64,000 nucleotides of DNA, taken from NCBI GenBank assembly GCA_030390025.1, contig CM059432.1:70434001-70498000 (forward strand). The letters are read 5' to 3'. Each line of letters starts with the position of its first letter. Positions within the stretch are counted from its first letter, which is position 1. The notes below the pieces were generated by a model. The model was given only the letters and a program-made list of their open reading frames with translations. It was not told the origin of the DNA and made no database searches. A program made the position numbers and the translations under genes. Positions 41,230-53,970 of the stretch are shown here, piece after piece. Source of the stretch: Squalus acanthias (Eukaryota).

Positions 41230-42130
41230 ATTACCTTTTGAATTGCTTATACAGCTGCATCCTGCTTGCTCAGCAATAACTGCAGACATTTGTGAACAAT
41301 GCAGAAAACATGGTGCATTCTTGAATCACTGACGGTTCATGTTATTCCCGGACACCTAATCTGGATGTTGCCAAAAGTCAAGAATCCCAGGTTTGAGACA
41401 ATATTTGCAGTTTTATTTGTTTTATTTTTAAGTGTTCTGGCACAAACCACACCCTTTCCAAATAGGCCACTGTAGTGCATTGTTAGAATCATAGAATTAA
41501 ACAGCACAGATGGAGGCCATTTGGCCCATCATGCCTGTACCAGCTCTTTGAAAGGGCTATCCAATCAGTCTCACTCCCCTGCTCTTTCCCCATAGCCCTG
41601 CACATTTTTCCTCTTCAAGTATTTATCCAGTTCCCTTTTTAAAAAAATTTATTGAATCTGCTTCCACCACCCTTTCAGGCAGAGTATTCCAGATCACAGC
41701 AATTCACTGCGTATTTTTTTCCCTCATGTCACTTGTAGTTCTTTTGCCAATTATAAATCTGTATCCTCTTGTTACCGACCCTTCTGCTACTGGAAACAGT
41801 GCTTCCTTACTCTAACCCCTTCATGATTTTGAATACCTCTAATCAAATCTCCCCTTAACCTTCTCTACTCTAAGGCGAACAAATCCAGTTTCTCCAGTCT
41901 CTCCATGTAACTGAAATCCCTCATCCCTGGTATCATTCTAGTAAATCTCCTCTGCACCCGCTCTAAGGCCTTGACATCCTTCCTAAAGTGTGGTGCCCAG
42001 AATTGGCTACAATACTGAGGCCTAATCGGTGTTTTAGCATAACTTCCTTGGCTTTTGTATTCTATGCCTCTATTTATAAAATTGAGAGGTCGCACAACAC
42101 CAGGTTACAGTCCAACAGTTTTATTTGAAA

Positions 42131-42168
42131 TCACAAGCTTTCGGAACTATCGCTCCTTCCTCAGGTGA
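42131..42168 (-). ncRNA. Minimal type I hammerhead ribozyme in the Penelope 3' region
   Basis: UCAC-CUGAGGA-A-GGAGC-GAUA-GUUCC-GAA-AGCU-U-GUGA. Confidence 0.8.
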
Positions 42169-42510
42169 AGTAAATTGGATACAGAATCGTCAGAGCATAT
42201 ATAGATGGAAAAAAAAGCATGTGTACTTTACAATTGCAGACCAATAAATTAAATCATCCTGACTATCTGCCGAGGTGTGATAAAGTTAATTAAGTCAGCC
42301 AGGAAGGTACCACATCAAAAGACATAGCAAGATACAACTGAGACAATGAGGTGAAGTCGCAGGGGTTCTAACGTGTCAAAAGCTGCCGTCTGTATGTAAA
42401 ACGAAAAGCTTTAAAAAAATAAAAAAAAATTTACTTTTTTACTGGGAAAATTTTTACTTTTTTACTGGGAATCACATCTGTGAACAAGCTAACGACGACT
42501 CGAGTCCGGA

Positions 42511-44469
42511 TCACGTCATGTATCGTGACATAAACCCAAGATCCCGATTGAGACCGTCTTCATGAGTGCAGAACTTGGCTATCAGTTTCTGCTCGATGAT
42601 TTTGCGTTGTCGTGTGTTTCTAAGGTTGCCTTGGAGAACGCTTACCCGCAGATCCGAGGCTGAATGTCCTTGACTGCTGAAGTGTTCCCCGACTGGGAGG
42701 TAACAATCCTGCCTGGCGATTGTTGCGCGGTGCTCGTTCATACGTTGTCTCAGTGTCTGCATGGTCTCGCCGATGTACCATGCCGCGGTGCATTCTTTCC
42801 TGCAACGTATGAGGTAGACAACGTTGGCCGAGTCACATGAGTATGTACCATGTACCTGGTGGGTAGTGTCCTCACGTGTGATGGTGGTATCTGTGTTGAT
42901 GATCTGGCATGTCTTGCAGAGTTTGCCATGGCAGGGTTGTGTGGTGTCGTGGTCGCTGTTATCCTGAAAGCTGGGTAATTTGCTGCGAACGATGGTACTT
43001 CTGAGGTTAGGCGGCTGTTTGAAGGCAAGTAGTGGAGGCGTGGGGATGGCCTTAGCGAGGTGTTTGTCGTCATCGATGACATGTTGAAGGCTGCGAAGAA
43101 CATGTCGTAGTTTCTCCGCTCCGGGGAAGTACTGGACGACGTAGGGTACCCTGTTGGTTGTGTCCCGTGTTTGCCTTCTGAGGAGGTCTATGCGATTTTT
43201 CGCTGTGGCCCGTCGGAACTGTCGATCGATGAGTCGAGCGTCATATCCCGTTCTTACGAGGGCGTTTTTCAGCGTCCGTAGGTGTCCATCGCGTTCCTCC
43301 TCGTCTGAGCAGATCCTGTGTATTCGCAGGGCTTGTCCATAGGGGATGGCTTCTTTAACATGGTTAGGGTGGAAGCTGGAGAAGTGGAGCATCGTGAGGT
43401 TGTCCGTGGGCTTGCGGTAGAGTGAAGTGCTGAGGTGTCCGTCTTTGATGGAGATTCGTGTGTCCAGGAATGAGACCGATTCTGAGGAGTAGTCCATGGT
43501 GAGTTTGATGGTGGGATGGAACTTGTTTATGTTATCGTGTAGTCTTTTCAGTGATCCTTCGCCATGGGTCCAAAGGAAGAAAATGTCGTCGATGTATCTG
43601 GTGTACAGCGTTGGCTGGAGGTCCTGTGCAGCGAAGAAGTCTTGCTCGAACTTGTGCATGAAGATGTTGGCGTATTGGGGTGCGAATTTGGTCCCCATGG
43701 CTGTTCCGTGTGTTTGGGTAAAAAAATGGTTGTCGAAGGTGAAGACATTGTGGTCAAGGATGAAGCGGATGAGTTGTAGGATGGCGTCTGGAGATTGGCT
43801 GTTGTTGATGTTGAGTACTGAGGCTGTTGCAGCGATGCCGTCATCGTGGGGGATACTGGTGTAGAGTGCCGATACGTCCATCGTGGCAAGGAGTGTTCCT
43901 GGTTCAACTGGTCCGTGGGTGCTGAGTTTCTGTAAGAAGTCTGTAGTGTCGCGACAGAAGCTGGGGGTTCCCTGTACGATGGGTTTCAGAATGCCCTCGA
44001 CGTATCCAGAGAGGTTCTCACACAGGGTTCCATTGCCTGATACGATAGGACGTCCGGGTGTGTTGGCTTTGTGTATCTTTGGGAGGCAGTAGAAGTCTCC
44101 CACGCGGGGAGTACGTGGGATGAGAGCGCGTAGGATGTTTTGAAGGTCTGGATCGAAGGTCTTGATCAGTCTATTGAGTTGGCGGGTGTGTTCTTTGGTC
44201 GGATCTGCGGGTAGCTGTCTGTAGTGTTCCTGGTTGTCCAGTTGTCGGTATGCTTCTTTACAATAGTCCGTTCTGTTCTGTATGACGATGGCTCCTCCTT
44301 TGTCCGCTGGTTTGATGACAATGTTGCGGTTGGTCTTGAGAGCGTGGATGGCGTTGCGTTGTGCTCGGGTGACATTCTGGACTGTCTTGTGAGTGCGGCT
44401 GATGAATCTGGCGTTGATGCATTTCCTGACAGCTTGAGCATACATGTCAAGCTTGGGGCAGCGACCCAT
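42511..44469 (-). CDS. Penelope-like reverse transcriptase + GIY-YIG endonuclease (652 aa, N-terminally truncated)
   Basis: IKPADKGG, LPKIHK, GRPIVS, MDVSALYTSI, GTAMG, RYIDD; VVYLIRC..WYIGET..RMNEH..E..GLN; no stops. Confidence 0.93.
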   Translation of the reverse strand: MGRCPKLDMYAQAVRKCINARFISRTHKTVQNVTRAQRNAIHALKTNRNIVIKPADKGGAIVIQNRTDYCKEAYRQLDNQEHYRQLPADPTKEHTRQLNRLIKTFDPDLQNILRALIPRTPRVGDFYCLPKIHKANTPGRPIVSGNGTLCENLSGYVEGILKPIVQGTPSFCRDTTDFLQKLSTHGPVEPGTLLATMDVSALYTSIPHDDGIAATASVLNINNSQSPDAILQLIRFILDHNVFTFDNHFFTQTHGTAMGTKFAPQYANIFMHKFEQDFFAAQDLQPTLYTRYIDDIFFLWTHGEGSLKRLHDNINKFHPTIKLTMDYSSESVSFLDTRISIKDGHLSTSLYRKPTDNLTMLHFSSFHPNHVKEAIPYGQALRIHRICSDEEERDGHLRTLKNALVRTGYDARLIDRQFRRATAKNRIDLLRRQTRDTTNRVPYVVQYFPGAEKLRHVLRSLQHVIDDDKHLAKAIPTPPLLAFKQPPNLRSTIVRSKLPSFQDNSDHDTTQPCHGKLCKTCQIINTDTTITREDTTHQVHGTYSCDSANVVYLIRCRKECTAAWYIGETMQTLRQRMNEHRATIARQDCYLPVGEHFSSQGHSASDLRVSVLQGNLRNTRQRKIIEQKLIAKFCTHEDGLNRDLGFMSRYMT

Positions 44470-44679
44470 TTATTATAAATAATTCTATTTATAAAGCCAG
44501 GGATCCTGTATGCCTTTTTAACAGCCTTCTCAACTTGTCCTGCCACCTTCAAAGACTTGTGTACATACACCCCCAGGTCTCTTTGTTCTACACCCCTTTT
44601 AAAATTGTACCATTTAGTTTATATTGCCTTCCCTCATCCTTCCTACAAAAATGTAATACTTCACACTTCTCTACATTAA

Positions 44680-45000
44680 AGAAAGGAAGACTTGCATTTT
44701 TCTAGCACCTTTCACGACCACCAGACATCCCAAAGTGCTTTACAGCCAATTAAGTACTTTTTGAAGTTTAGTCACAGAGGTAATGTAGGAAACGCGGCAG
44801 CCAATTTGCACACAGCAAGCCTGCCACAAACAGCAATGTGATAATGACCAGATAATCTGTTTTAGTGATGTTGATTGAGAGATAACTATTGGCCAGGACA
44901 CTGGGGATAACTCCCCTGCTCTTCTTCGAAATAGTGCCATGGGATCTTTTACGTCCACCTGAGAGGGCAGACAAGGTCTTGGTTTAACGTCTCATCTGAA
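44680..45000 (-). mobile_element. Deu-domain-type SINE inserted in CR1
   Basis: Near-identical to 22320-22600; interrupts the CR1 at ctacattaaa...ttaaatttcatc. Confidence 0.75.
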
Positions 45001-45068
45001 AATTAAATTTCATCTGCCATGTGTGCCCATTTCATCAGTCTGTCCATGTCTTCCTGAAGTCTGTTATT

Positions 45069-45810
45069 GGCCCAGAAATTGATCTCGCTCTGTTCCCGCG
45101 GGGGTAAGGCTTCCCCGCGATCTCTCACTCCGCGTTGGCTTTTTCAGATCCAGCTCGCACGAACTTGATGTTCCAGACATCAGCTGGGCAGTGCTTGCGT
45201 ATCCCACCGGCGTAGTGAATTCGTGCGAGCTGTGGGATCACGTGACTCAGTTAGAGCCAATGGCAGCACACCATCTTCCATTCATAAGTTTCACATACGT
45301 GCTGTGAAATCTATGAATCTTACACCCCCCCAAAATAACAGCTAAACCTCAATTAAATTTAAAAAAAAACCATCACATTAATAAAATAAGTATAGTTAAA
45401 TAAATTAACCATTTTAAATAAAAAATTAAATTTTTGAAAAAATTTAAAATCTTTTAAAAGTTATAAAAATAAACTTACCTGTCTTTAAAGTCTCTAAAAA
45501 AGATATACCTGTTAAAAAAAATTCAAAAAAATACTTAATTCACTACTTACCTTGTTAAAAGTGGGTCTTACTCCTCCTTTTTCCATTTCTAAAATCTTCC
45601 GTCCTTACCTGCGCGTCCAAAGCACGAAGTGCACAGCATGCGCGCAGCCTGTAGCGCGCACGTGATGCACCGAGGAACCGCCCCCTTTTCAAAAGACCAA
45701 GTGCCGGTTTTCAGCGCATGCGCAGGGCATGCAGAAAACCGGCAATTGGAGAGAGAATACGCGAGAGTACGCAGTGCGTACTCTCGCGCAGCGGGATGAA
45801 TTTTTGGCCC
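45069..45810. mobile_element. MITE-like non-autonomous DNA transposon inserted in CR1
   Basis: Imperfect TIR GGCCCAGAAATT / AATTTTTGGCCC; CpG-rich arms with an AT-rich core; CR1 resumes on both sides. Confidence 0.7.
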
Positions 45811-47730
45811 GTTATCTTCCACATTGTTTACTACATTTCTGAATTTCATGTCATCTGCAAACTTTGAAATGATGCCCTGTATACCCAAGTCTAGGTCATT
45901 AATATATATCTAGAAGAGCAGTGGTCCCAACACCAACCCCTGGGGGACACCACTGTATACTTCCCTCCAGTCTGAAAAACAACTGTTCACCGCTACTCTC
46001 TGCTTCCTGTCTCTCAGCCAATTTTGTATCCCCGCAGCCATTGCCCCTTTAATCCCATGGGCTTCAATTTTGCTAACAAGTCTATTATGTGATACTTTAT
46101 CAAACCTCTTTTGAAAGTCTATATGTACATCAACCGCGCTACCCTCATCAATCCTCTCCATTACTTCATCAAAGAACTCAATCAAGTTAATCAAGCACAA
46201 TTTGCCTTTAACAAATCAATGCTGGCTTTCATTTATTGCCCATATTTTTCCAGGTGCCAATTAACTTTGTCTCGGATTAATGTTTCTAAAAGTTTCCCCG
46301 CCTCCGACGTTGCCAGGTTTATCCCTCTCCCCATTTTTGAACAGTGGTGTAACATTTGCAATCCTCCAGTCTTCTGGCACCACTCCCATATCTAAGGAAA
46401 ATTGGAAGATTTTGCTAGACCCTCTGAGTGCGGGCAACCTTTTAAGTTCTTCCTCTTTATATATTTTTATCCCATCCAATTTCTCTACAACCCCATCCTT
46501 TACTGTGAAATTGGCAGCATCCTCTTTTGTGAAGACAGATGTAAAGTACTCATTTAGTACCTCTGCCTCCAAGAAGATCTCCTTTTAGGTCTCTAATCGG
46601 CCCCACCATTCTTTTGACTACCCTCTTACTATTTATATGTTTATGAAAGACTTTTGTGTTCCCTTTCATGTTACCCGCTAATCTATTCTCATACACTCTC
46701 TTTGTCCCTCTTATTTCCTTTTTGAATTCCCCCTTGTGCTTTTTGTATTCAGTTTTCAGTTTGGTTCTCTACTAAATTATGAACCCGGCATTTATCATAA
46801 GCCTCCTTTTTCTGTTACATTTTAATCTCTATATCTTTAGTCATCCAGGGAACTCTAGCTTTGGAGCCCTTCCTTCCTTGTGGTAATGTGCCTAGTCTGT
46901 TCCTGAACTATCTCTTCATAGAAAGCCTCCCATTACTCATTGTTAGTTTAATATTTAATGGGTTTCTTTAATGAAGCTGCCGGTTACATTAATGATTCCA
47001 CTGGATGTTTTTTCTAGTGAAATATGTAGTGTTTAAAGGTCATGTCAATCTTTTGTTATTGTTTGTTTTTGTACAGTACAGAAAGCGGAAGTCTGTCTTG
47101 GGTAAATACAGAAATTAACCCCTTCGTATAATTCTCAGTGGGGACATGCTGGTTATGAAAAACAACAGATATTTACTGTGCACATTTGTTCTTGTTCATC
47201 TATTGAACAGACGAAGAAGGTTATTTTAGTTGTTTAACCGCTTGCTTTCATCTGTTTTTACTTTTTTTTCCAGAGGCCAGTTAGTAAATCCAGTTGGTTA
47301 TTTTATTAGGCTAGATACAAAATAAATGCTACTTATTTGAAGTTACGCTCAGATTTTTGTAGTTTCTTTTTTAAATCAATCACTTCTGTTCGCTTGTGAA
47401 TCTAGAAATGAGCAGTATAAAACACTTGTACTTATTTTAATTGCTGGATTACTGATTGTGTGGTTAGCTGGTGCACAGTTGTGTGTTGCTACTGCAACCA
47501 CCCAGTGTTGTCTTCCTGTTTTTCTCCTTGTATATCACTATCCTCACACATAACGTTCCCACATACTAACTCGCATACCCGACCCCCCATACGCATGTCC
47601 ACCAACACCCACAGCCATCCAAAGACAGATATGCCCACCTATATTATCCCAGCCCCAACTTGCACACCTCACACGAATGCCTCCCACATTTCCACCGCAC
47701 AGCTCAGACAGCACATCTCTCATCCCCCCC

Positions 47731-47757
47731 CACACACACACACACACACACACACAC
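47731..47757. repeat. (CA)n microsatellite
   Basis: Pure CA run. Confidence 0.9.
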
Positions 47758-48470
47758 CTCCTGCTCCCCCCTCCGCGCACACCTCACAAAAAATACACAT
47801 GCTATCAAAACTGTTGACAGGATAAAGATTGATCTCAGCAGATCAAAAATCTCTTCCGATGAAGTGTGTTACTTTGCTCAGTGGTTTCAGCAAGCCTGTG
47901 TCACTGGTGGCAGTTGACAACCAAACAGTTGATCCAGTTTCTCTTGGAACCCAGTACTTGCTTTCCATGGTCCTGTACAGGTTCTCCTTCATGAAACATT
48001 CCAGCTGGCCCACACTTTCATTCTCTGTTCTCAGGGGCACAAATTTTATTTTCTGTCCCAACTATTCCCAGTTGGCTACTGCTGACAAGCTCATGGAGCA
48101 TCTCTCTCTCTCTTGTCTAGTCACTTCACTGTCTAATCTGACTCCTGTGGCATTGCTCACTGAGAAAAATAAACATCTTCCTGTAACTATCTTCCATATT
48201 TTCTAATTCATTCTCTCTCTCACACACTCATCTTTAACTCTGTCTCTGATCCTTTTGCACTTTATTTGTAAGTTTGGCTAATCTCCTAAATGTTTCCACT
48301 ATGCCTGTATGTATCTCCCACATGTTCTTTTGTTGTTTTACTGAAATTATATCTCTCGAATTTTTTTTTTTAAAGGCCAGTGCACACAGGAAAATGAGTC
48401 TAAATAATGTACCTGGTTGGAGGTGGCGATCTGGGATGGGGAGGGAGACACCATTTGTGAAATGACTGCT

Positions 48471-48820
48471 CCAGTCGAAAAACAGCTATCCAGCCTAATC
48501 CCACTTTCCAGCTCTTGGTCCGTAGCCTTACAGATTACGACACTTCAAGAGCATATCCAAGTACTTTTTAAATGTGATGAGGGTTTCTGCCTCTACCACC
48601 CTTTTAGGCACTGGAACTCGCTGCCTGAAAGGGTGGTAGAGGCAGAAACCCTCATCGCATTTATAAAGTACTTGGATATGCACTTGAAGTGTCGTAACCT
48701 GCAAGGCTACTGACCAAGAGCTGGAAAGTGGGATTAGGCTGGATAGCTCTTTTTTGACCGGCGCAGACACGATGGGCCGAATGGCCTCCTTCTGTGCCGT
48801 AAATTGCTATGACTCTATGC
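48471..48820. mobile_element. CR1 3' fragment with inverted duplication (fold-back)
   Basis: Arms of about 140 bp (48471-48610 and 48622-48761) are reverse complements; the + copy continues to a CR1 tail. Confidence 0.88.
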
Positions 48821-50299
48821 ACCGATGAGATACTAGGGGTTAGTTCCTACGCGTGGAGGGGGTTGAGACCTTACACCAGGAAAGAGCAGGAGGTCCCAGG
48901 GATTGCCATGGGAGAGAATGTGAAATCCAAAATCACAGCCTTGTACCTTGCTGGGAGTTCATGTTAATGTGGTGGATCAGGACTTGCAACTATTCCTAGT
49001 CTGGATTGTAACATATGGGTGAAAAAAGGGGTTGGACCATGTGGCATGGAGGTAGAGAGGTGGATTTGGAGTGCAGCAGAGCTTGAGACTTGAAGTTGGA
49101 GTTAACTGGGAGTGCAGTGTGGCCCAAGAGCCAATGCTGGTAAGGAGAATCTTTTGTGATGCTCGCCTCTTTATGGTGGGGTCAAAGCTATGTTGCTAGT
49201 GTCTAATTTGGGAGCACAGCAGGATGTTAGTGTATCAGGCTCAGTGAATGGCAGGACCTGCTAATCAGCACCAATCCTGCTGCTTAGTTTTATTTTTAGA
49301 AGCAGCAGTGCTCAGCTGATTTGATCTTAAAGTTGAGTTTTTAGGGAAACAGTAGGAGTTGGGGCACTTTGGGGTAGTAGAGGATGGGCTGAGTGGGTAA
49401 AATGGTCGGGGTGGATGAGACAGTAATTTGAACTTTTTTTCTAACTATCTGATTAGTCTCTGCAATAGTGTTACAGGTCATTACGATATAACTATCTGTC
49501 AGACAAAAAAATGATACTAGTTGATATTGAAAATTATATAGAGAGTTTATCTCCAAAGTACTCTGTGTACTTGAGATGTGGCTATCGCCCTGCTGGAGGT
49601 ACCAACATATTCCATAATTAATAATGTAGCCAATGTCCTCTGAAATTCTGGATTATTTAGGCCGACTTAATTTTTAATTGCAAAGTAAGTCTGGCAGAGA
49701 GATTTCATTTTCATACTACAGTGGACTGCAATATTATGGTTTAAAGCATCTTATTTGATAATGCTATCTGGAATCACTGTGTAGGCTACATTGTCAAACT
49801 GTGGTGTAAGCTGGTTTTTTTTTAAACTGAACTGCATGCTTCATAAGATTGGTTTACAATTCACACTGTTTTACCACATGGCTTCCTTGCCCTTTCCTTT
49901 CCTCGTACAAAGGAAGATAGAAGTTTAGTGACTCTCAAATGATGGGTTATAGCAAGTAATACTACGAAATAGTACTACTACGAAAATAAAATAAAATTTA
50001 ACTGTTGGACCTTGCACTTGCATCTGTTTAACTACTATATTATAGAGCTTGTCACTATGTAACTAAGTGAATGTTACAAATTGAATGGGTGCCCTAATGG
50101 TGTTCATGACAACTGTTTTTTGCCGAGTATCTCTGAACTCTTTACTGTTCTTGTTTTTATTAATAATCGACAGCAGGGTATAAATGGCACCATTCACAAA
50201 TTTGCTGGTAACAAAAATATATGCAGAGGTTTGTAATAGAGAACAAATCGTTTGGTTTTGGGCTGATTTATATCAGTTGGGTGAATGGGCCCATGTATG

Positions 50300-50780
50300 C
50301 AGATGTCATTTAATGTGAACAAGTGCCGTGTCATGCACTTGGCGATGGAAACTCTAGGTATGTTTATACCACATGGGGTACCCATTTTTAAAAATAACAC
50401 ACCGATTAGGAAAGAGATTTGGATATAGTAGTTGACTGCTTGTTAAAGGTGCACAGTGTGAAGTAGCTATAGGGTAAACAAATAGGGTTTTAGATTGTAT
50501 TGCTGGGACCATTGAGCACAAAATAAGGAGCATTATTCATATACGGTTTTATTATGTCTGTGCTTGGAGCATTGTGCACAGTTTTGATCCTTACATTTGA
50601 AGGGTATCAAGGCTCTAGATATGGTGCAGAGGAAGGGGGCCAGAATTATATTGTCTTAAACCTCTTCGTGATAAGGAGGCTTTTAAAACGATGAAAGGAT
50701 TGGACATAATCTGGTTAAATAGGTTATTTGAAATAGTAGGCGTGGTGGACAAGAGGTCATGCCTGTAAAAATCCATATGC
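50300..50780 (+). mobile_element. Highly degenerate CR1 fragment
   Basis: Remnants tttaatgtgaacaagtgccgtgtcatgcacttgg and cttggagcattgtgcacagttttg. Confidence 0.55.
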
Positions 50781-51999
50781 AGAGAGTCATCTGCAACGTG
50801 GTGAGTATGTGATGTTGTAAAGTCCTTTAAAAAGTTCCTGAGAAAAGTGAACACTCCCAATTATAGGACTAAGTGGTTAGTTCACTTTAAATGTGATCCA
50901 TCATGCGTAACCATGGTTTCATGGGAGTTTCCTGAATTAGCCACAGGTCTTTTTCCTCTTCTTTATCCTATCCATGAGAAAGCATTATTAAAGGGAGGAG
51001 TAATGGTGTGTGAGTTTACGCAGTCCATAGATATGTGAGCTTGGTGGGGCTGGTGGTCTTTTCTTGCCCCCCTTTTTGCGTACGGGGCTAGATGGAGTTA
51101 AATACTGGAAAGCACTAAAATTCTTCTGTTGTGGGGGTGAAATAGTTGTACAATTTGCGTGGGTGGGGGAGGAAACTGGAGCGGGACCCATTTATGCTGG
51201 GCCTCCACCCCTTTGTGCATTTTTAAATTTCCCGCCTCAGTTGCCCCCATGTAATGCACACCTGCATGAAGCAGGCATGCTTGCACATCAAGACCTCGTA
51301 CTGGTGGATGTGGAGCCATTCGCAGTTTAAAAGGCTACTTTCCCAACGACAACGATTGGTTGCTGTACAGAAAACAGAAAATTCAAAAATCGGTCACTAA
51401 CAATTTTTTTAAATCTTTGGTCACAGCAAAATCTCTCTCTCTGCTCCACCTGCTAAGGTTGCTGCCTCAGTTGCAGCCTTTACCTGGGATTTGGAATAGG
51501 TTTGGGTTAGAAATCCCACTCTTCCCAAGGAGGCCAGAGCAGGAATTTCTAGCCTGAAGTGTTTACAGAACAAGAGAATACCAATCGAGATTAAGTTTTT
51601 TCCACCAAAAACTTTGTTTGTTGGAGCTGCAGCAGTGATTCAGAAAATTAACTAGCCAGGACCTCAGTTGGTAATAGTTTGGACACTATGTATTCCCTTT
51701 TCACAAAGTTCTGGCTCTGCAGTCTCCTGAGAGAGCTCGACTCCATTTTCACTCTATGAAAACACTCCAAAAAAATTTAACTTGCTCTGACTTTTTGTTC
51801 TTGGCTCCCTCCCTTTCTTTAAGGGTAAGAACCAGATGCAGACTGAGGGAAAATGGACTTTGAAAATAAACCTTAAAATAATTGGCTATTACTAGGGAGC
51901 TTGAAATAAGGCTGGGGAATTATATCCTGCAACTTGAGTGCTATATACGCTGGGACTTTGGAGAACCTTTCATGTTGCATTTATCCTCTGCTTATTTGA

Positions 52000-52131
<132 letters not shown>

Positions 52132-52166
52132 AGCAATTTAGCATTGTATGATTTATGTTTGAACCT

Positions 52167-52172
52167 AATAAA
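52167..52172 (+). promoter_or_regulatory. Candidate polyadenylation signal AATAAA for TGS1
   Basis: AATAAA 35 nt after the stop, followed by U/GU-rich sequence. Confidence 0.55.
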
Positions 52173-52214
52173 GCCTTTTTACTTAAGTGGTATGTACTGT
52201 TCATTGCAGTGAGA

Positions 52215-52520
52215 GCAACAACAACTTGCATTTATATAGCACCTTTTAACATAGTAAAATGTCCCAAGGTGCTTCACAGGCAAGATGATCAAACAAAATT
52301 TGACACCAAGTCACATAAGGAGATATTAGGGCAAAAGCTTGGTCAAAGAGGTAGGTTTTAAGGAGTGTCTTAAAGGAGAAGAGAGAGGCAGAAAGGTTTA
52401 GGGAGGGAATTCCAGAACTTAGGGCCGAGGCAGCTGAAGGCACAGCCACCAATGGTGGAGCGAAGAAAATCGGGGATGTGCAAGTGGCCAAAATTGGAGC
52501 AGCACAGAGACTATAAGGCA
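52215..52520 (-). mobile_element. L2-like LINE 3' end
   Basis: acaacaacttgcatttatatagcacc tail; FKTLLKTYLFDQAF peptide. Confidence 0.8.
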
Positions 52521-52924
52521 TAAACATGTTAGAAAAACAATTGATATACCATCTAGCAGTCTATCATTCTTTTTGTGAGTAAAGAATTGGCAGTTGTCTA
52601 AAACTAGACAGGTAAAGCAACTAGCAGACCCTTCATTGTAAAAAATCTCCAATGGAAAGCAATAATGGGCATTTGTAGAGCTCGCTAGAAGAACTGGACA
52701 ATGAGACCTTCACACACCTGTAGGTAGCCCTGGCTGCAGTGGCTGATCCAATGCTTGTGGCTGCTGTACACCAAGGATCTCTTGGTTTTCCATGTCGTGC
52801 AGCTGCTTCTTACTCAAGTCTATGGTGATGACTCTGTCCATGTCAGTTTTTTGCAGCATACCGTCCTAATTTTTCAAACAACTGGGCATATTGTAAGACC
52901 TCGCAGATTGATCAAAGCATCTGA

Positions 52925-53970
52925 AGAGTTGCGGATGAGGTGAGGCAGGGGTGGATATGTGCAATGTTACGGGGGTGGAAGTAGGTGGTCTTGGTGATGG
53001 AGAGGATATGGAGTCAGAAGCTCAGCTCAGGGTCAAATAGGACGCCAAGGTTTCGAACAGTCTGGTTCTGCCTCAAACAGTGACTAGGAAATGGGATAGA
53101 GTTGGTGACTAGGGAATGGAGTTTGTGGCAGGAACTGAAGATAACGGCTTTGGTCTTCCCAAAATTTAATTGGAAGAAATTTCTGCTCATCCAATACTGG
53201 ATGTCTGACAAGCAGCATGACAAATCAGAGGCAGTGGAGGGGTCGACGGAAGTGATGTCACCGAGGAGCAGCAGGTAGATGAGAAATAGCAGCGGGGCCA
53301 AGGATAGATCCTTGTGGGACTCCAGCGGTAACAGTGCAGAGAGCGGGAAGAGAAGCCATTGCAGGTGATTCTCTGGCTATAACTGAATAGATAGGAATAG
53401 GATGAGGCGAGGGCAACCCCACCCAGCTGGACAACAGAGGAGTGGCGTTGGAGGACAGTGGTGTGGAAAACCATGTCAAAAGGATACAGGCAGGTCGAGA
53501 AGGATGAGGGGGTTAGTTTACCACAATCACATAGGACGTCATTTGTGACTTTGATAAGGGCCATTTCAGTGCTGTGGCGGCGGGGGGGGGGTGGGGGGGG
53601 AAACCTGAATGGAGGTGTTCAAACGTGGAATTGTGGGAAAGATGGGCATGGATTTGAGAGGTGACAACACATTCAAGGACTTTGGAGAGGAATGGGAGGT
53701 CGGAGATGGGTCGGTAGTTTGCAAGAACAGTGAAGGGTTGTTTTTTTGAGGAGAAGAGTGATGACAGCAGATTTGAAGGAGAGGGTGAAGCATTAACAAT
53801 ATCCGCTAACGTGGGGGCCAGGAAGGGAAGTTGGGTGGTTAGCAATTTGGTGGGAATCGGGTTGAGAGAGCAGGAGGTGGGTCTCCTGGGCAAGATGAGC
53901 TCAGAGAGGACATGAGGGGAGATGGAAGAGAAACTAGAGAAAGATGCAAGTTCAGGGGTAGGGCAGGGGG
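52925..53970 (-). mobile_element. L2-like LINE RT fragment
   Basis: NYRPISDLPFLSKVLE, ALIKVTND, GVPQGSILGP, WMSRNFFQLN..KTK, VRNLGVLFDPELSF. Confidence 0.88.

Larger units (their letters stand above)
42081..44483 (-). mobile_element. Penelope-like retroelement, 5'-truncated, young
   Basis: 12-bp TSD TCTATTTATAAA (42069-42080, 44484-44495); open RT+GIY-YIG ORF; 3' hammerhead motif. Confidence 0.93.
41485..46930 (-). mobile_element. CR1 LINE hosting a Penelope element, a SINE and a MITE
   Basis: Collinear CR1 segments 41485-42080, 44484-44680, 45000-45067 and 45811-46930 with RT motifs. Confidence 0.88.
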
